Part shown: positions 36,571 through 49,211 of the stretch, piece after piece
Position numbering within the stretch: the stretch's first letter is position 1
Layout of the letters: each line of letters starts with the position of its first letter
Assembly: GCA_013115125.1 (NCBI GenBank)
Contig: JABANN010000034.1
Location: 62,001-114,027, forward strand
Reading direction: 5' to 3'
Source: Perkinsus olseni
Lineage: Eukaryota
DNA length: 52,027 bases
The notes under the pieces: model-generated
The model's input: the letters and a program-made list of their open reading frames with translations, nothing else
What the model was told of the DNA's origin: nothing
Databases searched by the model: none
Program-made: the position numbers and the translations under genes

Positions 36571-37045
36571 CCGCCGCGAGGTAGAGGATCAAGAAAAGTG
36601 TAAGGCAACTGGGCAAACCTGGAATCGATTCCCCTCCCAAGAATCGAACCTCCGAACGCCACAACCTCAGGGTATAGAACGAGTAACCGCGTAGACTCCC
36701 AGCTACACTACCTGGCCAGCCCATCCCAGCTACTAACTTGTAAATGTTAGAGTTTCCCGTCTGACGAGATTGCGCAACGCCACCTGGTGAGCAGCGTAAT
36801 TCCGGTATCCTGCACAAAAGCATTCAACTGGGTGACACGCATGTTACAGTGGCCCAGTCCTTGCGGACGCTAGGTTTTGCATTGACCTTCCAAGACTTTA
36901 TTTTGCTGCAGCTCCTGTCATCCACTCAGAACGGCGCTAACGCATCAGCGAAGCGACGCTGACTTTTACTTCTCCGATGCGCGCGCCTACAAGTATCGCA
37001 TGTTACTTCTCGCTCGCCCTTTTCTCGGGGGATGCGTGAAATGCC

Positions 37046-37311
37046 GGGTAATTCCCAAAATCCAAGGGAAAGGTACAAAATCCAAGGTGGCACTTTCGGG
37101 GATCGTGTTCCCCACGGTAATAGTTCCGGTTTCTGGTTGCCCTGGGTAACAGTTTCGGGATCGGGTTGCCCTGTCGGGTTTCGGGAGGGGTTTCTGGTTT
37201 CCCGTTCCTGCCTTGACCCGCAGTTCTGGGTTTTTTTCTGTTGATTTTCCCTCCCTGTCGCACGCGCTTCCTTGGATTTTGTACCTTTCCCTTGGATTTT
37301 GTACTTCACCC
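37046..37311. mobile_element. Non-autonomous MITE, 266 bp, Mutator-type TSD
   Basis: 42-bp TIRs: gggtaattcccaaaatccaagggaaaggtacaaaatccaagg (37046-37087) versus ccttggattttgtacctttcccttggattttgtacttcaccc (37270-37311), inner 32 bp perfect. Flanking 10-bp duplication gtgaaatgcc (37036-37045 and 37312-37321). Confidence 0.88.
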
Positions 37312-37551
37312 GTGAAATGCCCGATTTTGACATTCCGCGTAAGTCTGGACTGGCCAGAAGCATTAAATTCTCCCTTGTAAACGATACTCGTTCTCGGGCT
37401 GTCGACAGATCATGAGAATCATCGCTATTCACTGCACCATGAACAGGAGCTCGGGTGTCGTGAGTTCTTCAGCCACGGCGAGCTCATCTCCCGATGAAGC
37501 CATGATGCGGGAGGGTTCCACCTTTCAGTTCCACTCCGTCACACCTCTCGA

Positions 37552-39150
37552 ATGAAAAAATCATCCTTCATCAGTGCCATGGCTCTCTTACTAGTAGAGA
37601 CTCCGACTTGTATGGGAGGGGTGATTACGAAGCTGCTGCGACGTGGTCAAACCATCACTAAAAAGGTGTGTCCCCACCCAAGGGCGTTGCGTACTCGGGC
37701 GGTCTTGCTCTTCATCTTTTATTCGACCGTTGCTACCTCATGCATGGGTTGGCCAGCTGGGGCTGACTCATGGGCTCGTGGGATGAGCTCCGCAGACTTC
37801 AACTAACCATCTGATTCGTGCGCTAGGAATTTTAAGAAGTACGCCGATGAACCGAATGACGTCACCGTGGATCGAACCGGTGCCGCTCACTGGTACCGCC
37901 TACAGTGCTGTTGCATCCCTCTCAGGCTTCTGTCGATACACGCGATATGCGCTCCTTGTCTGAGTTTACTCCTGACGGGACTACTTTGGTGAGACTATTA
38001 TTGGCGTTATTGAGAAAAATCGCTTGCTTCAGCTCAAGCTGGGCTATGATAAGGTCGAGAACGATAGGGATGGGGAAAAGTTGGTCTTGACGGATGTTAG
38101 CCGCTACTCGAGGATCGCAGGAGAGCCTACAGGTCCTTTTACATTCGATGATGATGAAGATGAAGCCGACGAGAGCATCTCCTTCGACGTCTTCCTGGAT
38201 AGGGGAGTGTTTGCACTTGTGTCAAATGGTTCATTGGCGAAGGATTTGGTGGAAATGAGGGAGAAAGAGAACTCTGTAGAAGAGCTCAAAGAAGAACGTC
38301 CCGAGCTTGAAGGTTACTCCCTCGAGAGATTCGGTAACGAACTGAAGACAGAATCCAACCAGCTGAGAATGAAGCAGAATCGCTGTGATGCCCACGATTT
38401 GATCTCGTTCCAAATCTTCCAGCCCGATGGTATAAATACCAGATCGGTGAGTTGCTGTAGTAAGCACTTCATTCCTTCAACGATGGCAAATGCTGAAAAA
38501 GGATTCAAGATTACCGAGCTGTCCAGCTCCTTCGGCAGGCACTATGATCCGTAGGCACACAGAGGCGGGTGGTGCTCAGAGGCACATGAGAGTGCTCTGA
38601 AGGGGCGCATCCTGTAAATGGTTGCTAGAATTATTCGCGGTCGTCCGTCAATACGCCTTTCACACGACCGTGATGGGCTGGACGCGAGTACTCAGAATAT
38701 CAAGAAATGACTCACTGTGATGAGTTCGTGTTTCACTCCCCTGCCGCCCCTATCCACATGGCCCTCACTCTACTCAGGAAGCTCGAACTGAAATTCGACA
38801 TGGATCTCCTGCGGAAGATGGAGGCCGTAGCAAAGGTCGAAGTCCCCAAACGTGGCGCCAAGCTGACCAAACAGTACCTCACTCAACTGTGCAGAAAGCA
38901 GCTGTCGAACTACGCTCGTTACCTGTTGAAGCAGGAAGGAATCAAGACCAGTAGATCTGATCCGGATATCAGAGAGAACGACCTGAGAGGAATCGTTATG
39001 TGGCTCACAACCGGTAGCTACAGAACCGTGCCGGCGGACCTCAATGATGAGTCGGCCGATGACGAACTGGAAAGACCGCAGCATCAACTAACGATTAAAG
39101 GGAAGACTCCGACCAGAGGAAGGAGCAGAAGATCCGAGAATGCTCAGTAA
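37552..39150 (+). CDS. Secreted hypothetical protein, tandem paralog 1 of 3
   Basis: Signal exon MKKSSFISAMALLLVETPTCMG; exons ASVDTRD..., LGYDKVE..LVLTDVSRY, KGFKITELSSSFGRHYDP, KLELKFDMDLL...LCRKQL...LRGIVMWLTTGSYRTVP. Intron positions shared with the paralogs. Confidence 0.8.
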
Positions 39151-39642
39151 CCATTCTACGATGAGATCCGACGTAGACAGTCAACCGAGACTATCGAACT
39201 TCATTACTATAAAGTCGTGGGCTGCTGTTCGTTCAAGATGTGACGTTGCATGTTCGTGAGAGTTGAAGAGAGCCACATGTTGAGGTTGTCAAGCCAAGGA
39301 TGAGCTGCGCGGTCCTCATTTTTGCGTACCTTTCTCGATAACCGCCGACCACAAGGAAGAGAACCGCTCAGGGGCGAGCTCTTCGCTCTGAGGGGAGAAC
39401 TTAATGCCGTAGTGAAAAATTCGGTGTAGCGCTTTTCGGAAGGGACTCCGTCTAATTCGCGGGCCGTTCCTTGAACAAGTATCGAAATCCGATAGCACGA
39501 CGGCAAGTGGCGGCGTGCCACGGATCGAACTCCGGGGAGGGCATCACCAGCCGTAGACTTATCGGTTACGGCAGCCCATGACGGTGCTGCATCACGGAGA
39601 ATTCTCTTGACCAGCTGTATTGAAGCACCCCGTCCTCTTGCC

Positions 39643-41068
39643 ATGACTAAATCGTCCATCTTTAAAGCGCTGATGCTCTTCCTGCTTGAAGCTCCGCTCA
39701 GCAGGGGGGCGTTTTCCCTGGCTACAAAGATAGTCAAGAAGTCTCTTGCACCTCCTAAGAGACCTGCTGTTAAGGTGAGCGCTTGGTCACTTGCTGGCAT
39801 CCGCAAGAATCTAATACCACAGAATCGTGGGCGTTAGTTGTTGCATAAACTTGTGGATTTCTCAAGGGTCGTGAACAACGATCTGAATCGAGTGAAAAAC
39901 CACCAGAGAAGCGCCGCGGAGCGTCGAACCGTAGGCTACTTCATGTAGAGCTACTAGGACCTTCGCCACGAAGGCCACCGAGTCGTGCCGAGTTCACTGG
40001 CATGCATCACTGGCAGCGCATACCGTGCAGTTGCACCTTCTCAGGCTCCAGTCGAAACACGCGACACACGCTACCTAACCAATACTACTCCCAAGGAGAG
40101 GAGTTTGGTGAGGTCAGTCTGACCATCCTCCAAATTCATCAGTCGCTTCAGGTCGAGCTGGGGTACGACAAAGTTATGAGGGAGGATGGTGGAGAGGACC
40201 TGGTCTTGACGGATGCTAGCCGATATACGATGATCGCGGACTCTCCCGATGACCTGGAGAAGAAAGTTTACGACAACCTCTCACTCGACGTTTTCCTTGA
40301 CAAAGACTTGCTAAGACTCGTAGAAAGGACAGAGGACTACTTTACCATCCCAAAGAAGGAATCCCGTCTCTTGAGATTGGCCAAGGATCACTGTGAAGCT
40401 AGCGACTTGATGACGTTGTGGGTCCTTCACCCGAATGGCGAGCGAAAAGCTGCGGTGAGCTGCTACGGCAACTGAAACATTCCAGCTAGACTCCTCCCAG
40501 ATAACATGGAGTGTGGGGTTGAACTTGGAGATGACTGATCCCAAGGAGGGTTTCAAGATCAGCGAGATATCCAGCTCTTTCGGAAGGAAATATGATCCGT
40601 AAGTTACGCAGGAATTCACCCTCTCGCTCGCCCGGGGCGTAGTTCGGAAGGGGAGCAGCGCATGAGAATTCCCTTATGCCCGGGCATTTGTGACAATTCA
40701 GGCAACTTAATCTCAAGTTCGACATAGAGCGTTTGCGTGCGCTCGAGAATGCTACCAAGGCTGAGGTTCCCGAACCCGGCGCGGTGCTGACCAATGCTAA
40801 CCTGACTGAGCTGTGCTGGAAACAGCTTATAAGATACGGTCACGTTCTCGAACAACACGAGAAAATAAAGCCGAAAATTCTGGATCCTGAGTTCAAGGCG
40901 GACTACCTGAAAGGAATCGTCATGTGGCTCTTGACAGGCAGCTACAAGACCGTGCCGGAGGATTTACAATATAAATGGACTTTAGACAAGAGCATCAGGC
41001 CTCATCATCAAATAACAGTCTCGGGAAGGACCGCGGAGAGAAAGGAAGTTACAAAGGAAGCCAAGTAG
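39643..41068 (+). CDS. Secreted hypothetical protein, tandem paralog 2 of 3
   Basis: Signal exon MTKSSIFKALMLFLLEAPLSRG; APVETRD, LGYDKVM..LVLTDASRY, EGFKISEISSSFGRKYDP, LKFDIERL...LCWKQL...LKGIVMWLLTGSYKTVP. Confidence 0.8.
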
Positions 41069-41464
41069 TCATCTTCCGATACATTCAAGAGGAAATTCGG
41101 GAAGTGACGATCAGAATCAGATTTTTCAGAGAACGTTGTATGTTGTTCATGTGAAGTTGATACAGTATGATGCTGTGACATGTCGATGCTGTTCACGCAC
41201 CAAGATTTTGAGTTGCCTCACTCCATGGAGTGCCGCCATTCGCGGTCATTCTACACCAGCGTAGTGTTCTTCCATCTAACAGTCAGGGACACGGTGTCAT
41301 CAATGCCAAACAGAGCATGTGTGTCAATCATCCTCATCATGAGAAGGGGACTACCGCTCGCTACGATAGAATCCTCCTTTCGCCGGAAAGATCGGCCCTC
41401 CTCAATTCTGACAATGCGAGTCTGTGGCTCAGGCTATTATAACTTAGTCTACGACCAATTTAAT

Positions 41465-42977
41465 ATGCTCCTTTCACTACACCTATTGAGACCAGTGGCA
41501 CTACTCCTGGTATACTCGCCTGGGAGCTTGGGAAGCGAATTTGTGAACAGAGAAGAGCAGACGACAGTGTGGGACAAGATCAAAGCCAAGTGCTTGCCCA
41601 AATGGTTAACAACGAACGTGAGTGACGGGACTGAGGATATTTGGATGACTCTCCCACTGCTATTTCCCCCACATGCTGATGCAATCTTTATGATGATAGA
41701 GCCCACACTGTCACAGTAGGTGTGAGTCCTGAGCTCATAGCGGATGAGTATAATGATACTAGTCCTGCTATACACGGCTATTGCGCGATCACGTTTCTGA
41801 TGCTGGACAGGGGCCCTGTATGCTTAGATAGTATTCGTTGTTGTTGTTGCCTTTGTAGACGCATTCGTCACAAGTCACGCTTAAGAGCTCCACTCCTGAC
41901 GGAAGATTACTGAGAGTGAGCAGGCTGAGCACCAACTTTCCTATTCAAAAGCAGGAGCTGAACTGAGTGTACCTCTCCTTAGTGCGATATAGGTCACACT
42001 GGCAACGACACTGAAGCCGTCACGCACGTTGCCTACCACGTTCAACTTCCTAAGAGGTGGCGAGGATGCTCTAGGATTGTCGACCACAAGATGACAGAAC
42101 TTTTCCCAGATACAGCTACTCCTTCGAGGCCTTCGTTTCCAATGACGTGTTGAGCTATGCTTGTCAACTAATACCAGAAAATCCAGATGAAAAACCTGAC
42201 ATAGAGGAGATTGGCAGAGCCCTGAGGAGGAAGGCCAATAGTCGTCGAAGGGAGACTAATGCATGTACAGCTACTGACCTCATGGAGATCCCTGTCGGTC
42301 GCAATAAAACTGTGAGTCAACTCGAGACTGCTGGGGGAATCAGCGCAGTATATTGCTACAGGTGGCGTGGATAACAACAATTGAGCTGGAGATGAAAGAT
42401 CCTAAGATGGGCTTCATGATTACGGCTCTGTCCACGAGTTTCGGGAAGAAATACACCCCGTAAGCCGTCCTGCTTCCCACCCATGATGGATCGTTCAAGG
42501 AGTGACTTGGCTCTTCGGTTTAGAACATGATTAAGATGGAGATGATTGATTTCGTCGATGCGCCCTCTCGCAGCTTCTTTTTTCTTTAGTAAGTTGAAGT
42601 TCAACTTGGACATCAACCGGCTATCGAAGCTCGAGAGGAAGAATAGAGTTACATTTGCTGATGGCAAGCCCCGCAACTTCACCCAGCCCGAACTGACGGA
42701 CCTCTGCTACCAGCAGCTGCTCCACTACAATCAATACATCGGAACTATGGAGGATAACGTGTTTCGTAGCCCCATCTTCCGACCCCCTCCCGAACCATTC
42801 ACTGTGAGGAAATTGCTCATGTGGCTCACTACGAACAGCTCCAAAACATTGCCACCCAATTTACCATACACATCGGCCAAGCATGACCTATCGGTCTGGG
42901 CACGGCGCCCTGATCGAGAAAGGTATACGGATTACCGCCAGGACATCGAGCGGTTGGTCTTCGAGGAGGACGCATAG
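41465..42977 (+). CDS. Secreted hypothetical protein, tandem paralog 3 of 3 (most diverged)
   Basis: Signal MLLSLHLLRPVALLLVYSPGSLG; MGFMITALSTSFGKKYTP; KLKFNLDINRL...LCYQQL...RKLLMWLTTNSSKTLP. Confidence 0.7.
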
Positions 42978-43634
42978 GCCTTCAGCAGGAGCGAGTTGAC
43001 GTCTTCATGATGTCGCTGTCTGTGTTGTTGTGTGATGTTACCGAAGTTTGTTCTTGAGTTGCAAGTCGGCAGCCTCGTTCCTTATTATTGTTCGCTTGAG
43101 ACGAACGTTGAGAACCTGAATCGGCTAACGAGTCTTCGTCATGGTTCGCCATACTTAGCTGTACGATGGATTATTCCTCCTTCCCGCGTGTGGTGCATAC
43201 TGTGCTCTTCTGGCTCTTCGACGGATGATGCTCAGGATTGGTTTACTCACAGCTTCGACGTAGGATACGGCTCTAGCCGGCCGAAGGACGATACGCCACT
43301 CAGGAAGAGTCATTGCCAGTCACCATAGGCTAACGTACGGAGAGAGAATACTCGATCCACTTCTTCTATTTCAAGCCTTCTATGGCTTGCAGACTCGGGA
43401 GATGCTCACCGAAGCTGACCATTGTCTGATGGTACTTAATGCTCTCTCACCGCTGCGGCGGCCAGTTTTTAAGAAATCCACCTGGTGTTTCGTTCCCTGA
43501 CTGATGCGACCTGTAGTGAGCCTCTATGAAGTAAGATGATCTCTAGGCACAACTTGAGCAATGAGGGTGCCATCCTGAACTTAGTACCGCTGAATGAGCG
43601 AAAAACGCAAACACACAGCTCAAGTGCCCACACA

Positions 43635-46600
43635 TCATCTCATCGAAGCCATGATGACAAGCACAGCCACTAAGAGAAGTGAGACTCCGCCTTGTCTGGG
43701 TTGCGCTGATGATGTTAATGCAGCCAGCCTTGCGCAGTAGTCGTTGAATCTAAGATCCAGCGACATGTCCATGCGCGATTGAGCATGTTAAGCACTATAG
43801 ACAAACAAAACAGCGAGGACGGACACCGCGACTACGACATATAAAGCAAGTCGAGAGGTGATACACTAGGCCGGGTAGAACACCAAACCGAAATCACTGC
43901 AGATCATCAGTGACTAGCCGTCGAAGAATTGTACGCCCTAGAGCGTCCCGAAAGCAGGGGCAACTCACCGATCATCCCCTGTCAGACCACATTCCGCTGG
44001 AGGGATGTATGGCCCTCCCGACAGCTGCTGAGTCTCGCACAGCAATGCATAGTATCTGCGGGCAGGTTCCTCCGAGCCCCGCCCCCGGGCCTTCTGACTC
44101 CTACTTCTTTTCTGCTTCTACTCCTCGCTCCTCCAGACACTCTCGCTCGTCCCAGAACGATCCGCAATATTTCGCACGATAATACAGCCAGTCACGCCAT
44201 CTCTCTTGGTTGTTGGAGGAGTCTCCCGCCACGGGCATACAGTACCTCACACAGAGGCAGCTCATACCAACCTTCCCGCTAACAACCAATGCAGACAACG
44301 CCCGAGCGTCGCTTCGACTACAGTACTAGTGCGAGCTGCTGCTCACTTGGAGTCGCCGCTGCTCCACCAAGCTTTACACACACATTCGCCTGTTTGCCCT
44401 GTCAGATCTGTGGTCGTACAGTCTCTGTCGGAATCACACCTGCCACGCCAGGCCTAGGGACCACCGTAGTGCTGGCCCGGCCTTTCACCTCCGACCGACT
44501 CTGTGTGACTTAGCCGCTGCAGAGCACAGGTTGAAGGTGTCGAGGAAGCCACTGGAGCATAGCTCGGGATAGGGCGATGCGGCTCCGATGGCCAGGGAGA
44601 ACATTCGCCTGCACCTGTTCATACCGCCCTTGGCCGTAGAACATGTCAGAAATGGTCTTTCCAGAGAAAAGTTCCCTCATAACAGAGATCTGCAGATCTG
44701 GAACCACGAGAGAGAAGTCGTTGTAGTTTCCCACTTACTTAGGAGGGGTTTCATAGGTGTTGCACTTGAAGTCCGGTGAGCACTCTCTATCAGCTTCGCA
44801 GTCCTCCCCTTCGGTCTTTTGTCGTCTGCAGCTCTTCCGCCAGTACGGGTCCTCACCATCCGCAGGATCATCAGGACAGTAGAAGCCGACGTGGCCGCAG
44901 TCGAGGTCGATGGCGCATAACTGAGGAAGGGAGACAGGCGACCACAGAACAACAACCTGCCCAGCTGCTGCTGCTCACCGGTATATCTTCCTGAGCAGCA
45001 GCAGCAGTGCCTACAGCAAAGTAAAGTCAAGGCAACAGATAAGGCACCTGAGCTCATCTCACCGCTGGAAGCGGTGGCCTCGATGTGGGGGAGGGGTTGA
45101 CACACATTCTCTACACAGCGTCTCCGGCCGTAGATGCAGTCCATGTCAGTCCGACACGTCATCCCAACCTACACCGACCGGTGTGTTAGAGAAGAAGAAA
45201 ACCAAGGAGACCGACCTTCCGCCTGTCCCGACACACCCACGTTGGCGGCCCCTCAAGGTCCCCATCAGACCCCGGCGCCGGGGTCGGTGGAGTGTCGTCC
45301 CACCAGGCAGCCACACACAGGCCCTGAGCGATGCTCGCTGTCCAGGCTCACGCCGGCCCTCTCTGACGCCCTTACTTGCACCCTGTCGATAGCAGTGTAG
45401 CCTGTACAGTTCTGACAGGAGTTGGCAGAGTGACAAGTGCTGTCCAAAGGGCAGTAGTTTTTTCCCAAGTCACGCTTGCAGTTGGTCGGGTTGGGCTGTA
45501 CGCACCTGCCAAGTTGAAGCCTTCACGGCAGGACGTAAAAGCTAGCGGAGACATACTTGTGCTCAGCGTGGTCAACAGCGGTCTTCCATCCACACTCAGA
45601 GCAGTCACCATCGGGCTTGCAAGTCTGGTCCAACGCGCAGAATTCCTTCCCTCCATCCTCGTGGCAGATCTCTCCCTGATCATACCATATCTTGTCTACA
45701 TCCAGAATCGTCCGAAATGACCTCACACCGCTCCCCTACTCGGGCTAGGTAACGAAAGAAATGTTGAGATGATTCTGAGCGCCCAAAGGAGCGTGTTAGT
45801 GGCGCTGATCGTTCCTTATCAATCCGCCCCTACTACCTGCAAGTCGGGTGAGGCACACGCATCGGCTATCGCTGGCTGTACATCATCAGTCAAGTTGCGG
45901 CACACCGAGAGGTTGAGGCCAGAGAACAGGGTCTGCATCATCATCATCATCCTCAAAGTGACAGCTGCACGACATGTATCTCACCTGCAGCCGCCGTCGA
46001 CCTAGGACAGTCTCATCTTGCACGACTGTGGCCGGGGCAAGCAGCAACTGTGCGCGGTGGAGCTGTGCTGGCAGACCTGAGTGGTGCCGCCATGCCCATC
46101 AGAAATCTTGAACGTTTCCCTGTGATCTTGCCTGAAAATTCTGTCTGTGTGAGTTGGCCATCGGTATCCTGGTCTAATACTAGAAAGAGGTTCGACAGCT
46201 CAATAGCCCGGCTCAGGACATGCTCTCCCTGCACCTTATACCTGAGCAACACCGACGTACCCCTGCCATCACTGCGGAGGTCCCGCCGGTTCAGTCACCA
46301 ACTTACCCTTCAGCGGACACCTCGAATTCACCGTAAGTGATTGAAAAAATCCTGTGGATGGGTTGGACCTGAGCTGGCAGCGCTGACACCTCCCTCCCAT
46401 CCTCATCGACTTTGCCACGTCGTGCTCAGTGTCATTGATACTGGCCAACTCAGCTTCACTCTCAGAGGCCACCATCTCCAGCTGGCCGTACATCTGGACC
46501 ACAGCCTCGCCGCGGGCAAGCTCCGACTTGGGGAGCGCCGGATTGAAGGGAGCGATGTCAGTCCATTTAGGAACTTGTCTGTTCGGCACCATCTCTGTGA

Positions 46601-47232
46601 CAGGCAAGCATCGACGTGCCCCACTTCGGCGCCGGAGCGATCTGGCAGACTTGGTCGCTGGGGTTCCAGGAGCATCGTGGCTCGGGACACAGGGTCGAGT
46701 GGAGGTAGGTGTTGCAAGGCCGATAGCATATCCCCTGGCCCGCCCCACAGACGTTCGAGAAGCCGCACTTCTCGCCGTACCTAGACCGCCAAGAGGCCAG
46801 CAAGGGAAGCGCCATCTTTGTGAGATTCTCACCCGACTTCAACTGTGAATGGCGGGGTCTCACAAGTGCAGACGGTCGGGTTGACACCGCTGCATTTGGT
46901 GCAGCCCATCTTAGTGGTTTCCGCTGTACTAGCGGGCGAGGGGCAATACCTATGGCATCGAGGAGGCTGTCACTCAAGTCACCAGGCTCGTCACCTTTCT
47001 CTAAGATAAACTGACGGTAGGTGCTCTCGACAAAACTCCGACTTCTGCGAGAGACAAGAACTGCGCTGGCACTGGTTCGGCAAAGACTGCGCTACTGCCA
47101 CCCGGAATGAGGTGCCGATATCTGAAATCATATGACTCAGGCTCCCTTTGAGCAAGAGAAGGCGCTCGTCGGATTACCCAAGTCTGAGCAGAGCAGCAGC
47201 CACTGCCAGACTAGGTGGATATTGGGCGTCAT
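43635..47232 (-). CDS. Cys-rich, EF-hand-containing, probably GPI-anchored surface protein, many exons
   Basis: In-phase stitching from MTPNIHLVWQWLLLCSDL through Cys-rich exons (CTKCSGVNPTVCTC, CGAGQGICYRPC, CRTDMDCIYGRRRC, CEADRECSPDFKC, CDSDRDCTTTD..GECVC). Canonical EF loop DQDTDGQLTQTE. Last exon ...TSSAQPRQGGVSLLLVAVLVIMASMR-stop. Confidence 0.72.
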
Positions 47233-47499
47233 TATCAAGCCTGTTAGTGAAGGAAAAAAAGAAACTCAAGCGAGTTCGAGAACGCCCCAACTCAGCCGCT
47301 TCTCGACTGATCTTCACCGATATGTGAAGGTCTGAGCGGCGAAGAATGAGCCTCCTTCGTGGGACTGCTCTGTCTTGAGACTCTTCCCTTGACCAGAGGA
47401 GCGGTCCGAGCATTGACTATACTCCCGACACAACAGCTGAGAGCTGGACACATCAACACCAGGCTTTGAGGGGTCAGTAGGAGGGAAGAGATTTCACAA

Positions 47500-49035
47500 T
47501 GCGGCAGTTGCTGAGAGAGCTAACTTCTTTTGGCGAGCTGGCGCTGTAGTAGAGCAAGACGGACCTAATGGGGAAGTTTCAAGGAAAGGCATAGCTGAGG
47601 ATTGCTAAGCAAGAGCGACGACAGCTGGCCAACTGACTTTTATCAATTGTTTGTCGTCTGATGACCACGTTACGAAGTTGCAATCCAAGGCAGCGTTCCT
47701 GAGCTCCTCCACGCTACACCTGAGTATTATTGAGAACTCGGCGGCCCACAAGTTGGGGCGTAGCATCCCTACCGGAGGTCTGCCTCGGCCTGATCTGCCT
47801 CTGACTCGTTCTTCAGCAGCTCAGTTAGTAGTACTATGCAGCGACAAAAAAGTGGGTTCGAGTCCACTGCATCAACCTGAGTCCAGCCCCGTACATCATG
47901 GCTCCACACCAAGTGCCCCTACATGTGACCGACGGCCAATGTCCTCCAGCTCCAGCCAGGCTACTCGGAGAAGCAGCTCAGGAGAGGCGGAGGCCAACAG
48001 GTCCAAACAACCGACGATAATGACCTCACTGCGCTCGACATTTCGTACAGCGCCATAGACCTGTGGTTGGATCGACTCAAGATTCCCGGAGGCCACAGCG
48101 GCCCGGCGAGAACAAGGGGAGTCACGAACAGCGATCGAGGCGCTCACTTTCTCATTATCGTGATTCGCAACTATTGAGAAAGCCCGAGCAGCAACCCCAG
48201 CAGCGGAGATAGCATCGCAAAGATCTTCGTTCCTAGAAAAGATGGAGTCATCTCCTCGAGTGCTTCTGTCGGTGTCTTATGGTAGGCAACATGGCAACGG
48301 CAGTGTACGTACTTCACGAAGGACTCAAGTCTCCCTGTCGCCCCCACCACCGGAACTCGGCACCATTTAGCGAGGACCTGAGCCTTAGCCATGGGCGCCC
48401 TCTGCCTGGAGGGTGTATTTCCGACTTGGCAAAGTAGACCAACTAGCGTAGGATTGTCCTTGTGGGTGCGGAACAGTTGAATGCACTCTATGAACTCGGG
48501 CGAGCTAGCTGCCACACAGCAGTCTGGGAGGGCGCAGTCTGAAGAACCCCGTCCGAAATCAAATGCGCAGAGATGATCGAATTCACCTGCAAGACAAGGA
48601 TTCTCATCGGGTGTGCCAGTTTGTGGTACCGGTCGGAAGTTGCTGTATGGGCTTTGACTCTTCTTTGAGCCACTCTATCGCGCGACGAGCGCATCTCAGT
48701 TCCTTGGCATTGCTGCTGCAGTTTCGGAATTCTGTTGTCGATAGGCAGTCCATCTACCAGAGTCACGAGCAAGTCGAAGTATGGTCATGCTTCGACCGCC
48801 ACCTTGGATGAGGTGAGGGAGAGCTCTCGATCGAAGCCTTCAACTGTCGTCTTGTCTGTCGTGGTTCTCCAGGTAAGGCTGGATACTGATGCCATTCCCC
48901 TGAGGCACTGAGATCCGCCGAGAGACTCATTGAGGTTGCTGAGTACTGAGTGGCTCGAAGCAACGCCCTTCTGTGATGTCTTTCTTCTGATGCGAGTTCA
49001 TTTCCGCTGGTCTCCTCACGCGCTGGCATCATCAT
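47500..49035 (-). CDS. Hypothetical Leu-rich helical (ARM/HEAT-like?) protein; exon structure and 3' end uncertain
   Basis: Short GT-AG bounded open segments with amphipathic helices (SSPEFIECIQLFRTHKDNPTLVGLLCQ, VYGAVRNVERSEVIIVGCLDLLASASPELLLRVAW, PLFCRCIVLLTELLKNE). No family recognised. Confidence 0.45.
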
Positions 49036-49211
49036 TGGTAACTTCCTCGTCCGCATGACAACAAGAATTGACCAACACGAAAATGTCGAGTTCACAACGT
49101 TAAAGATGCAAGGCACGTTTGGTAAATAGTACGGGCAATCTTACAACAGTCCCCATGTGAATGAGAAAATTACACAGGTACGCATCAATGGTGCAAGGCA
49201 AGCATAAATCG

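Noticed and set aside
39207-39806. 199-aa minus-strand ORF, possible inserted gene or TE
   Set aside because: No recognisable motifs, and it overlaps the signal-peptide exon of + strand paralog 2 (ATG 39643). Likely spurious.
39958-40001. Putative micro-exon with a GC splice donor in secreted paralog 2
   Set aside because: The equivalent frame in paralog 1 contains stops. A single longer phase-0 first intron fits both paralogs.
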